Of a stretch of 64,000 nt of DNA, positions 1 to 12,100 are shown in pieces; within the stretch, counting starts at the first letter, position 1, and each line of letters begins with the position of its first letter. The stretch lies in contig OZ037766.1 of NCBI GenBank assembly GCA_964035545.1, positions 14,808,722 through 14,872,721 of the forward strand, read 5' to 3'. Source of the stretch: Bugula neritina (taxonomy: Eukaryota; Animalia; Bryozoa). The notes under the pieces are model-generated. The model did no database searches. It saw only the letters and a list, made by a program, of their open reading frames with translations, and was not told where the DNA came from. The translations under genes were made by a program, and so were the position numbers.

Positions 1-462
1 GGATAGTAGCTCTGGAGCGTCCGGGCACGGTGCAGTTTCGAACTACCTGAACACCGCCCACCAGAGGACGCCCAAACTTATCCACACAGGTGAGTTCTCG
101 CCCGCCCATCAACACCACCGACTTACTAAAGTCTATTCGGCACTGGTGTTGCTTCAAGAAGGGCATTCCGAGGATAGCATCTTCCTCCAGTTGGCCTATG
201 ACAAAGGTCTCCTGTACAGCCTGGTCTCGGACACGCCCAGGGAGCTCGATAATACCATAAAAGGGAATACATGACCCGTCTGCCAGGGTGCCATGTTCCC
301 CGGTATATGGTCGTACTCTATCCCTGTCCCGGCGGGGCAGTGCCTCAAAGACTCTACGACTGAGAAGATTGGTAGTACAACCGGAGTCGAGCAGGAAAGT
401 GACGGCATTGCCGGCCACCTTTCCGGGTAGGAAATAGCTCTCTCCATGTGGTTGTACTTTCA
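1..462 (-). CDS. pol: Pol, aspartic protease region (partial; not in the ORF track)
   Basis: Manual translation: VKVQPHGESYFLPGKVAGNAVTFLLDSGCTTNLLSRRVFEAL...EDAILGMPFLKQHQCRIDF..., open to the window edge. It has the D[ST]G motif (~380-394) and the ILG motif. Confidence 0.88.
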
Positions 463-769
463 CCCCCCCCCCCCCCCGCATGTGCTGTCCTGGATTGACA
501 GGACGGCGGGGGTTTCACCCATGGTTTACGGGGTTTCCGGCGGCGAGGTTGCTGCCGGCGGGGTTTGGGGCTCTCCACTGGGCCTTCTGGCTCCATTTCA
601 GTGGCGGGCTCCTCTTCCCGAGGTAACCGGTGGAACCGGTTGGCGAGTGGCAGGGAGAAGGTACTTGGCCGTTGTGCGGGCCTACTAGTCCTGCGTGGTA
701 CCTGCCACTCGGGGGGAGTGCGCCGTCGTGTTCGTACGGGCAGACGGCGGTGTTTCCCACCATACTCCT

Positions 770-1636
770 TTAGTTGCGGCCCGCGGGGAGGGAGAGCGTC
801 CGCGGGCCGTGACAGTTTAACGCCCCCTGGTATTGGGGTCGTCCTTGCTGTCCATGGTCTTGACCAGCACTACTCCAGTTTGGCCCCGCAGGTGTTGAGG
901 GCAACCGCAGGGCCTGACCGAGGCCAGCGCCAGCCAGAATTGTTACCAGCTGTCCCAGCATCTCTACCATGCGGTCCACTTCGGCCTCTAGCGGGGGGGC
1001 TTTGGGGCTTGTTGTAGCCCTGGCAGCGCTGACTCCAACTACTGGTGGGTTCCGTCGTGCTTGATGCATTTGGGTAGCCAACAGGTAAGCTTCTCCAGCC
1101 TTCAGGGCATCCTCTATTCTGGTTATCCCTTTAGCTCGTAGTTGATGGTGTAAGCCCAGGTCGTTTAGTGACTGGACAAAGGCGTCATAGGTGTAACGCT
1201 CTTGGTGTTGTGCTGGCAGATCGCTGTATGCAATCTGCGCCAACTTCTTCACCGTCGCGGCATGTTCTTGCAGCGAGGTCCGCGGGGTGCGGCACAATCT
1301 CTCCAGCTTGGTCCTAGCGTCTATTGCGGAGATGCCAAAACGGGCCCGCAGCGCAGCCAGTATCCCGTTTACGTCCGTTCCCACTCCGTACGGCTTGGCT
1401 TGTTCCGTCACCGCTCTCCGCAATTGGATAAGGGCCACTCTATGCGGCCATTGAGCAACCTCCATTACCTCTCTAAATTCTTGTATAAATTGTTCGACAT
1501 CTTCCGACCCAGTAAAGGTGGGAGCTTTCAAGCAATGTCTATAAGCTTCTTCTCCCTCGCGATTTACAGGATTAACAGCATTTCTACGCTCACCTTCTAC
1601 TGGGGGTGGTTGCATTCTAGCATTTTCAGTCTCCAT
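770..1636 (-). CDS. gag: Retrotransposon Gag (288 aa), no CCHC knuckle visible
   Basis: Intact ORF just downstream of the PBS, with capsid-like motifs (KAPTFTGSEDVEQFIQEF, LRARFG, RTSLQEHAATVKKLAQIAY). Confidence 0.88.
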   Translation of the reverse strand: METENARMQPPPVEGERRNAVNPVNREGEEAYRHCLKAPTFTGSEDVEQFIQEFREVMEVAQWPHRVALIQLRRAVTEQAKPYGVGTDVNGILAALRARFGISAIDARTKLERLCRTPRTSLQEHAATVKKLAQIAYSDLPAQHQERYTYDAFVQSLNDLGLHHQLRAKGITRIEDALKAGEAYLLATQMHQARRNPPVVGVSAARATTSPKAPPLEAEVDRMVEMLGQLVTILAGAGLGQALRLPSTPAGPNWSSAGQDHGQQGRPQYQGALNCHGPRTLSLPAGRN

Positions 1637-1650
1637 CTTTGATGTACACT

Positions 1651-1668
1651 ATCCCACCGCTGCCACCA
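1651..1668 (-). promoter_or_regulatory. Primer binding site, tRNA-Leu
   Basis: TGGTGGCAGCGGTGGGAT is complementary to the 3' end of a eukaryotic tRNA-Leu (..AUCCCACCGCUGCCACCA) and lies directly after the LTR. Confidence 0.88.
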
Positions 1669-1669
1669 C

Positions 1670-1974
1670 TGTTATGTTTTCCAGATTTAGGGTTGATGTG
1701 CCACCAAGAGAGTCTATTTATCACTAGAGAAACTTCACCGTGTTAAGTCGAGTAGATATCGTTATATTTTAATACAAGAATACATAATAAAATCTAATGT
1801 ACAACAGTAATGATACGCACATCTATTTAATTTACAGCACTATCCTCAACTGAGCTAGTAGCGCGAAGCTGCTACTATTACTCAGAAACAGCCTAGCTAA
1901 TTGGCTAATACATTGTTCCGGGTCAATACGCAACCTTGCGTATTGTGTTGCTGGTAGCTCCACGAGCCACCACA
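1670..1974 (-). repeat. 5' LTR (~305 bp)
   Basis: Minus strand starts TGTGGTGG and ends CATAACA, 1 nt before the PBS. The second LTR is outside the window, so the outer boundary is inferred from the TG..CA ends and the composition change. Confidence 0.75.
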
Positions 1975-2360
1975 ATAGTTTTGGTTGTGAATAGCTTCAA
2001 TCTTTTTATTTTTCAAATTCATACACTTTTTTTATAAACTCTCTTAATTTAATTATTAGAAAACTATGGAAATGACTAAATATTTTTACATAATACAACA
2101 TTGCTGTAGAACACTCCACAAATTAAATCGAAAAAACTAATGATGTGACATAATGATCTATAGGAAAAATTAAACTCCTAAAGTTTTATATAACACATCA
2201 TCATATACGTGTAATTTTACTAAATATTATATGCAAAGCTAAAACTTGTGTGTTACATATATGTAGTAAAAGCTCTTTATTTTTGCAGAAAATCTTAATT
2301 TGCAGTTTGCTTAAGCCAAACTGTGTAGCAATGTTTTCAGCTTAATTGGCAATCATCTTA

Positions 2361-4397
2361 TCACTTACTAACACCTGGTTTATGGTTCACGGGAAGAAAG
2401 AGGTTCTCAATAGATGTTGGTGTGAGCAAGTGGGAGGCTGTACTTGGTTTAGTTCGCACCACCCCTCTTTCTACATTATTGTCATCGTATAAATCTGTAC
2501 TTCTGCTGTTCATGACTACAATAGTAACTGAAATTGTCCACTATACCTTAATTCTGGTTATGCTCGAATTCACACATTAATAGGCGGTTTTGTAATTTTG
2601 CAAATTTGGGAAAAAAATGTCAGTTCATTTGAATTTTAAACAAGGAGGTGAATGCAAAGTAAAAAGTTGAAGTGCCAAAGTGTCATCTGTGACAACATTC
2701 AGTCTATCTATGCTGAAGACCTCACGTATTCATATAATAATTATAGCGACTATCCTGCAACAATTTAATTTCAATCGCGCAATACTTTGAAAATGGAGTT
2801 ATTTGGAAAATTATCATGAATTGGCTTTATAAGATTCATTTTGGTACGAACTACTGTTTTCAAATTTAAAACAGATTTCATTTAAGTTGATTTAAGTCAT
2901 AAAATAAATTATTGAAGGTTTGGTATCATAGACCTGATCAAACTGAAACAATCTGCTTTTAATGTTGAAACATTAGAAATTAGTTACTTTATCAAATTGA
3001 GCTTCAGAGATCACAATTAGTGATATCAACATTATTATGGAAGCAAATATCTTGCAATTAAATGCAATATTGGTATAGAATAAAATAACATCTACTTCTA
3101 TACATGCATAAAATCCACTTTCTTGCTAAATATTGTACTCTAGTCATCTAGGGCATGGCTGGATACTCACATCTACTGAAAACTGTTATGACAATAACAA
3201 TTGCAACTATTGGTACAGCAGACCACAGAAAACGGATTTCTATAACCCTGGAGGAGCTCTCATGTGCTGCCGAAAGGGCATCAAATTGACTTTCAGCTGC
3301 CGTGCCATTCGTAGTTGCAGTCAGATAATCCTCTACAAACATAAAAAGGGTCTTTCACGTAGAGTTTGACAGTATTATAGCAAAATTATTTATTCATTTT
3401 TTTACAAGATGAAATTTAGGTAGTAAAGTAATTATTCTTAATTTTGTTTCTATGTAGGTTTGGTTTACATAAGCTAAGTATGTGGAACTTATCAATGCCA
3501 GTTTAAATTAGCAGTCTGTAAAGTTTAGATGATAAAATATAATTTACAGAGAAAATAAATTAGATTAATGAATATTAACTTTGTCAAATCTAATATCTAA
3601 TTGTAAAAAATAAGCGTGACTTGCATATAAAATAATGGCAATTTTTAAGTTATAGCATCACAATACGAAACCTTCTAGAGTATACTCTTCAAATGGAGAA
3701 ACTTCTTTAGTTGTCGGCATGTCACTTGACAGCTAAAAAGATTATATACTTTTACTTATAATACAAGCAGCTGTTACTGCATAATAAAAAGCACTAAAAA
3801 GTAGATTCCATTATTTCATTATTCATACTTTCACACTCTGGCAAATGTGTTATTAAAAGATTTTCTATTTGGCTACAACACACTATTACCATAGTAACTT
3901 TTGATAGAACTTTCAATTATTATTTCATTTAAAACTATCATTATTATGATATCTAGTATCTACATACATATGTAAGTTTTTGCTTAGTTTGAGTTTCTAC
4001 AGTATATAGTTTCTGTGACAATTGAAGTGTTACATGCAGGCTAATATTTCAGACTGCATTTAGCAAATTTACAGATCCTCAGTGCACTACTGTTAGTCTA
4101 TTATGTTATATGTATTATGCATGTAAGTTCTTTGCATGTAAACCACATTTCAATTTATATAGCTATAGTCTATATTTAAATTGCATAATACAATATAATA
4201 TTTAAAAGATGGTGCTGTAATGGTAAGTGTTACCAATAATTCATGTTACCTGAAGATGTCACAGAAAAATGCTGTCTTTGGCATTTGAACTCTAAAAAAT
4301 ACAAATGACAAAGTTTATGCAAACTTACATGCTCAAAAAAAGTTACTGGTATTATTGTTGGCAGTAGAATGTTTAACAATGATTGCAATCTATACAT
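2361..4397 (-). CDS. Uncharacterised small type I membrane protein (~152 aa, 4 exons)
   Basis: Exons 4329-4397, 3672-3732, 3171-3332 and 2361-2527 join in phase through GT-AG sites. Product has a hydrophobic N-terminus, an S/T/E-rich segment, a TM segment (FLWSAVPIVAIVIVITVF) and a short tail. AATAAA near 2276-2281. Confidence 0.6.
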
Positions 4398-6134
4398 TGT
4401 TGGGTACTTGACTTGGCTATAATTCTCTGTGTAGTTTTTAACAAAACCTTCCAACTGTTGGACAGCCATATGCTATTCAGCAGCCCATGGGCAAGTTGAA
4501 TTTTTTTGATACTGAAGCTCTGTACCACACCAGGTAAAACCATTATTGCAAACAAATGGCTATAAATTATTATATCTAATTTTTGCTTTTATAGACAATG
4601 CACAGCGTTCTGTTATTGTTTATTTTATAGTATATATTTGTATGTCTTTTCTATTAGACTTAGTATTATTTGTTTAGCTACACGATGAAATGAAAGTATG
4701 CTGTAAAGCTATTAGTTGTCAAATAAAAAGAAGAGTATTTATTATAACCAATACATTTTATTTAATAAAACTAACCAAGTGTCTGCTCAAAATATAATAT
4801 TAATGAATTTTTTTAACAAATGAGAACTATATAAAATCGACACACACAACTATTATGTCATAGAATTACTACAATATTATTGATAAGCATTCCTGCCAGT
4901 GTAGAGCACTTTTGAAAACATACATGCAAATGCCGAAGCACAACTAAAGTAGTTATGATAGAAGAATATGAAATATTTGACATCTTTTCAATCAATAAAA
5001 ACTATGATAGTTATTCATTTTTTTTCAATCCTAAGAGTGTTATACAAATAAAAAGACAAATATATTTGCATGTTTCAGAAAAGGTTGTCTTTTTGCATTA
5101 TGCAATCTATTATTGTATTACACATATATATGTTATATAATTGGAGTCAGGGGATTTCAAGCTTTGTATGGCTGTAAGCTTCAAAAAGAAAATACATTAA
5201 GATGAGCTATTTAATCTGAGTTAAAATTGTCACACAGTATAGTTTATCGTAATAAGATTTTGATAAAGTAAAAACCATTTTGCTATAATACTAAAAACTA
5301 TTGTGTAGACATCAAAACATGTAATTTAATAAAATGTGAATAAAGAATTCATATATGCAGCCACGGAGTTTTCATGTGTGAGATTTGTATGGATGCTTCT
5401 AGCTATCTTCATTCTTCGCTAGGGTCGTCTGTCTAAACAATTGCTTTTTAACCTGCAAGTACAATATTATATAGAGTGCATAACTCCAGCAGCTCTTAAA
5501 AATGAGCAAACAATTCCCACAAAGCTTAATTAAACTCCAATATTATAATACCTATGTATAATAGATTAAAGTTACAGCTAAAAATCAGTCTAAATTATTC
5601 TAGGCACTGTTATGCTTTGCTATTAGCCAAGTATGATTCAGTTCAATTACTCTCACCACAATTCAAATTTTGACAACCCTTAACAATTTATATCAGACAC
5701 AATCTACCTACAAATAGTACGTGAAAACACATCTCTCAGTAACTTTTGCTGTTCGCTGCAAGCTCCACTCATTCCAATTCTTACAATGTAATTTGTAATA
5801 TCATACCAAATCGTATATAATGCAAGATTCAAATATTATAACTTATATAACAATATAGAATTTGCAACATAGTAATTTATTTATTTTATTGGCATAATGG
5901 CTGTACACGAAGATAAATACCATTGTGTGCATATAAATATCATTTAGAGTTTATACCACAATCATATTACATAACATGTTATATGCTGCACTGTAACATG
6001 TACAAGCTATTATTGCTTGCAAATAGCTTCTGTCCCTACAAACCAAAGATATCTACTTTATCTTTCATCAATTGAGTCACTCTATGGCTTATCCTGTATA
6101 CAAGTAAAATGAGAAGAAATCTAATAGTTCCGAT

Positions 6135-9100
6135 TTAAGATTTAATTAAATTTTTTGCCTTTTCTTTCTCAACATCCTCGTGAAATGCAAGTATCTTTGC
6201 TTCCAGTTTATTTTTTATTCTTTCTTCTCTTTGATGTAATCGTGCAGTATCAATTCTAGATGTGATCATGCCCTTACATGAGGCTATTGGACACGTTGGA
6301 ACCTTCTAAATAGAATACAATAATAATACTTTAATTGAAGTTATGTAAGTAATAATTATTTTGATTGCTATAAATAATATTGTTTTTGTAGCGTAGCTAA
6401 AAATTGATCATCCAGATACTACATGCTAGAGTATGTTTTCTGATTTTATTCTGATTTGAAAAAAAAGTCATACAATAGACATTTACACATATTTAGTATA
6501 CATGCACACATATTTAGTATACATGCACACATATATAATATACATGCACACATATTTAGTATACATGTACACATATATATAGTATACATGCACACATTTA
6601 TAGTATACTTGCAGGCATATATAGTATACATGCACACATATTTAGTATACATGCACACATGTATAAACACTATAATATACAGTATATGTAGCTGTTTAAT
6701 ACACTCTGCAGACAGCTAGACACTTACACCTTTGACTTCAGTTTCTCGTTCTGTACTTTTCTCGTCATCTCTATTTAATATCTGAGGAAAGGACTTGGGT
6801 TTACTGAGCTGCCTCTGCCTAACAGTACAATGACAATATCATTATAATATAAGTTAAATACGAACCAGTAACTTGGCTAGAGAATTATATACTATAAGCC
6901 TTATTAAAAGTTCCTAAAGACAAAACGATCTTAATAGAAACGTTGATCTTCAACCAATTTAATAGATTTTGTATCCAGTCTTATAATAAAATCATATATC
7001 CTGATTTAAAAAGCATGTAGCAAATAATAGTTTTCGACAAATAAAATATATTTGGTAAAGTAAATGTAAACTCCACTCAGCTGTCATGATACATACATGT
7101 TTAATTATTACTTCAAATATATAAAAACTTATCTGATACCCATCTTTTAATCTCGTGATTTTACACGTGTTATTATAAGGTCACGACCATATTAGTGTAA
7201 ACTACATGGTGTAATTATTATTGGTGGTGAAAGAAATAATATGATGGCTTCATATCCCAGCTAGTAGGATGCATGCTGACGCAGCTATAGACACTATCTG
7301 TTGATAAAGTCTTAAAATCTAACACATTATGCAAGGAAAGTGCTACCTAGTAATTTAAGTTTTGCAACTTATTTAGTTACGATCATTGCTGATATTAAAA
7401 TCTCAGGTTTATTAAATGTTTACAAAAACAACCTAATTTATAAGTAAGTATTTTATTTCATTTATAATATATATGCATATTAGAAAATGGGTACAATATA
7501 AACAATTAATTACTAAAATGTAATTTCTTGCATGGTGTAATTTTCTCTATCAAAAACCTGTTGCCAGAGTTCTTCACTTAAGAAACTGTATAATGGGTAC
7601 CTCTGGTATGTCGCATAGAGCTGTTTGTGTCTGTGGTCTTGAGGCTGACTATTGCATTTCTTTACAATGGCAGACAGCAGTGGTATATGGGTAAACCTCA
7701 CAGCTCTGTTGCTAAGCTTCAGCAATGCATTCTGAGCTATGAGACGTCCTGTGAAGGCATGCCGTCTGGTCACCAACCGATCATAATTGCGAAGATCAAT
7801 GGCAAATGCCTCCGTCTGCTGCTCACAGATTACAGTCTGCATATACGTAGGCAAACCATTGGCAAGCTCGATGTCTCCTAATAGTAACAGTGTTCTTATG
7901 ACATCATGCTAAGCCAAGTATAACTACACATCAATATGTGAAATATAATAAAATTTTACAGTCCAAGGCAAAAAAGTACTTGTATTATAAAATAACATAA
8001 TTTGATTTACAGCTATAATGACTTACCTATTACATTTAGAGATCTACACCTATGACTCACCTATTATATTTAGAGATCTATAACAGCTATGACTTACCTT
8101 TTTTATTTAGAGATCTACAGCTATGACTCACCTACCATATTTATAGATCTACAATTTTGACTCACCTATCATGTTTAGAGATCCAATAAGACAAATATCA
8201 AATCCTTGCAGTGCATAGCCATTTTTTCTACCTCTTCTTACCACTTGAGGAGGAACATACTCTTCATTTATTGGCTGAGCGCTATAATGAATATACTAAG
8301 TATAGATATAGGCTACCACATTGCTTTTAATAATTCAACTATAAAAATAAAATTCAGGGCAGTGACACAAGTTTATTCAAACAATACATATAAACAAACA
8401 GTTACTCAGTAAATTTATTTTCAATCCTTGAAAATGCTAATAAAATATTGTTTTTCTATTATAAGCAGTTTCTATAACAGTCTATCTTAATACTAAGCCA
8501 GTATTTAATCTGTCTCTAGTATCAGCATTTCTGTACTTTTTTGATGTTTTTAGAAATTTTGGCATTAGTGACATATTGGTACAGCTTTTGTGATTAAATT
8601 ATTATTCGTATTTTCCGGTAGTTGGTGTTTCTATGCTATGCCAAATAGTCTTGAAATACATAAAGTTTTTCTGTGGTTGAGTATACACATTTGATAGGTT
8701 ACAATTAATGCAAACAAATATTTAGTGTTAAAAATGAGTACAAAAATAACAAAATGCTAAAATATTGATAAAATAACAGTTTAAAAATGTTAGTATAAAT
8801 TTGGTATTCCCAATATCCACTTAACACTAGTCTATAGCTGAATGTCAATGTTGTAGTGATTTGTATTTTACCTGTGAGAAAGAACGAGATTGGTCCATCT
8901 ACGGTAGCTGGGGTACTGCTTATAGTGGAGGGAGGGGTTTATAATAACCCGGCATTGACCACTGCAAACAATAGTGAAAAAGTTGTCAGTATTTTTTAAT
9001 CTACATATTTAAATTATCGGGCATAGGATATACGTGCAATGAAATTACACCTTGTGAGGTTTTGAGAAAATTGATAAAAGATACTGTTAAAATAATCATT

Positions 9101-12100
9101 TAACTAATGTTTCTACATCCAAAAACTACAGCATATGCTATGTTGTTTCATCAACAACAATTTATTGTTTTAGTTGCTTACTTGGAATGTGAAAATTCTA
9201 GTCAAAACTCATATATTGTACTAATTCTATAAAATTATCAAAAAATAATAGTATTATGCATGTTTGTTTGCAATTTGTCTGCTATACATCATCTGATAAA
9301 TTACAGTTTAAACTGTTGAAAAAGTATAAAATTAGTAAAACTCTTTGTCCCTCTTGTAGCAGATTGAAATTAAACAGATTAAAACTAGATATCTATGTAC
9401 CACACACACACACACATCTAAAATGTACTTAACATGTACCCTACACCTATCTCAGTGTGTACTAAACATGTACTTAACATACCCGCTCATTGTACTATTA
9501 TACATACTAGATTAAACCAACCAACCTTTGCAGAAAGTAAATACAATCTAGAGGTTGTCCCTGGTAGACAACTGGAGTGCCAAAGGAGTAAGTTTTCAAT
9601 TGCAAGCTCATAGCAAACTGTCTCTTACTCTTCAAACTCCAGCCCTCAAAATATTCAGACGTGTGCACAAACTGCAACAATATATTATCATTAGACAACT
9701 TTAGAGATATCTCAATAAAACAGGTTTTCTTTAAGCCAAAGCTAAATAACCCAAAGACTTAACAATATATTATTGCCAATCAGCAACAAACCATCTTTAT
9801 TGAAATATCGGTGCAAAAAGTTGTAAAAAGAATATTATACATTTTGAGTTGAACAACTTTAATGATAAAATACAAAGTTACCAAAAACAATGTTAAGCTA
9901 TAAAATGTTTTAACATCTGACAAAGTATTATGACATTTTTCATTGCTTTACTAGCTTACAGCTGCAAGTAAAGCTAAAGCTATGCGGTATAATTTGTATA
10001 TGGTGAAGATGACATTCTATTAAATGTGTGGAGTATCCTTGAAAGACCGACTGATCAGTTTTTTGCTTTTAGGGATCAACCAGTCAGAATCGCATGCAGT
10101 TGAGTGAAAGTTTGCTTTAAATATTTTGCTACACAACACAAGCAATGAAATTGCTTGTGTTGTGTAGAAAAATGGACTGTATTCAAAATACTAATATTAA
10201 AAGATCATTTACCAATTGTTTAGCTTGAAATTCTTTTTCCTGGGAATCCTTAATGCATCGATTATACAGTTGTCTGTTGACTACCAGCATACGAGTGTTA
10301 GTCTCAGTAATTATTGTAGCATTTCTTATGCAATCTCTTTTCAACAGTGCCAGTTCTCCAAAACTTTTCCCATCAGCTAGAATGTACACAACAGTTGAAT
10401 TTATTAAAATATATCTGGCTTCATGACTTGAGGTTTGGTAGTCAAACTTGCACAGCTGAAAAAGTTGACAGTTTAGTGTGTTGTTAAGTATGTGTCAGAG
10501 ATTATTGGGTGAGTGTCAGAAATTGTTGGGTAAATGTCAGATATCATTAAGATATCATAAGAAAGTGGTGTCAGCATTTGCTGTGAATATCTGTCTGTCT
10601 ATCCTAGCTTCTACTGTAATTGCTGATTGTTCCACAATCTCTTTTCAGCGAACAGAAAGTTGGAATTTTTGATGAGTAGATTTTATTGCATGGTGCAGTT
10701 ATTCTAGGCAAATGATGTTTCACAAAGCGATATTGGCTGATGTAATAAACATTGCATATCATACACTTTGTTTAAATTTAGTCACCAATTTTCTTATCTT
10801 ATCATTCATTATCTTATCAGCCGTATCTTCTCAATTTGAAATTATCTTTGAATTTAATGAACACAGATTTATTCAATTTCTATCACATCACTATGTGATA
10901 ACTATACTGCAATCAAATAAAAATCTGTAGTTACAAGCAAATTCAGCATTATGCAATGTAGTGTTTAAATAGATTTAGGTCATAATTCAAAATTTATCAT
11001 TATAATTTACTCAACTGTATTCAAGTTGCATTCAAAAAGTCATGAAAATACAATATTTCTGATAAAAAGATATAATTAGATTAATCTTATAATAATTTCC
11101 TTTGTATTTACTAATATTTATAAAACTTAATGCTAGTTCTCAGTCAACATGAAATTATTTAGCAAAACAAGCTAAATATTAAAATATTGTTTCACAATAT
11201 TTCATCTTCAGCTTTAGCCAACAAAAGCTTTGCAGTTCAGCGGAATATTATATTTTACTTACAGCATATTTAGGTAAACTTACCAATAGTTGCCACATAC
11301 TGTCCATACTTTGCTCTGTCCATAACTTGAGTGTTGGAGCGCTGAAAAGCTTCCACTATAGACTCGGAGCCCATCTCTAAATGTTTGTAAGCTTTCTCAT
11401 CGGTCATATCTTTGGGAGAACTTGTGCCCCCGGCAGTCTGTCAAAATGTATTTATCTGTTTTTTAAATGTATAGATCATAAAAAAGAAGATTCAAAAGCA
11501 GTCAGCATGTTGACACCAAGTTCCTTTCATAACTTGGACCGATTGGTGCATGAGGCTTAGTTTTATATTATCTTATAGTGACGGAGCAGCCTTGATACAG
11601 TAGTTAGAGTGTTGACCTAGTAATCACGAAGTCAGTGGCTGTGTCCAAATGTGGTGTAGGGAAGAGCATAATTGACATAATTGCTCCTGTGCCACACCCG
11701 AAAAAAGTCCTTAGTCAGATTTAAAAAACCTCTTTTCATCAGGGGTTTCTACAGGCATAGTGGCTATAAACCTGAGCAAGTTTATTTATACTATCTTATA
11801 ACCAATGGGGCCATGAAAAGCATTGTTTCTGAACAATTAAAACACTTTTAATTTTTATATAATATATTATATTGCACTAAAACTTGCAGATAAAAATTAG
11901 TGCCATGCAATAAAAATTTAATTGGGCACGTTCTAAAGCTACTTAGACTACTAAAATTATTAGTCGCTTGTGTATGGAAACCTGTAAGCAGTGATAGAAA
12001 AGTGGTGAGATGCAGTAAGGAGTTGTGCTATTAAAAATCTATTTTTGCTATCTTTCCACCCAGCAACTCTATCACACTAAATTTTTCAATTTTGCCTTTA

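Larger units (their letters stand above)
1..1974 (-). mobile_element. Ty3/Gypsy-type LTR retrotransposon, 5' portion (runs off the left window edge)
   Basis: GC-rich island in AT-rich DNA. On the minus strand the order is LTR (TG..CA), PBS, gag ORF, slippery site plus hairpin, then an aspartic protease frame (LLDSGC). Confidence 0.92.

Noticed and set aside
446-1642. Plus-strand ORFs over the retrotransposon
   Set aside because: Antisense shadows of GC-rich gag/pol with no recognisable motifs.
8008-8183. CRISPR-like regular spacing
   Set aside because: Eukaryotic DNA, no unique spacers and no cas genes; it is a tandem duplication of a splice junction.
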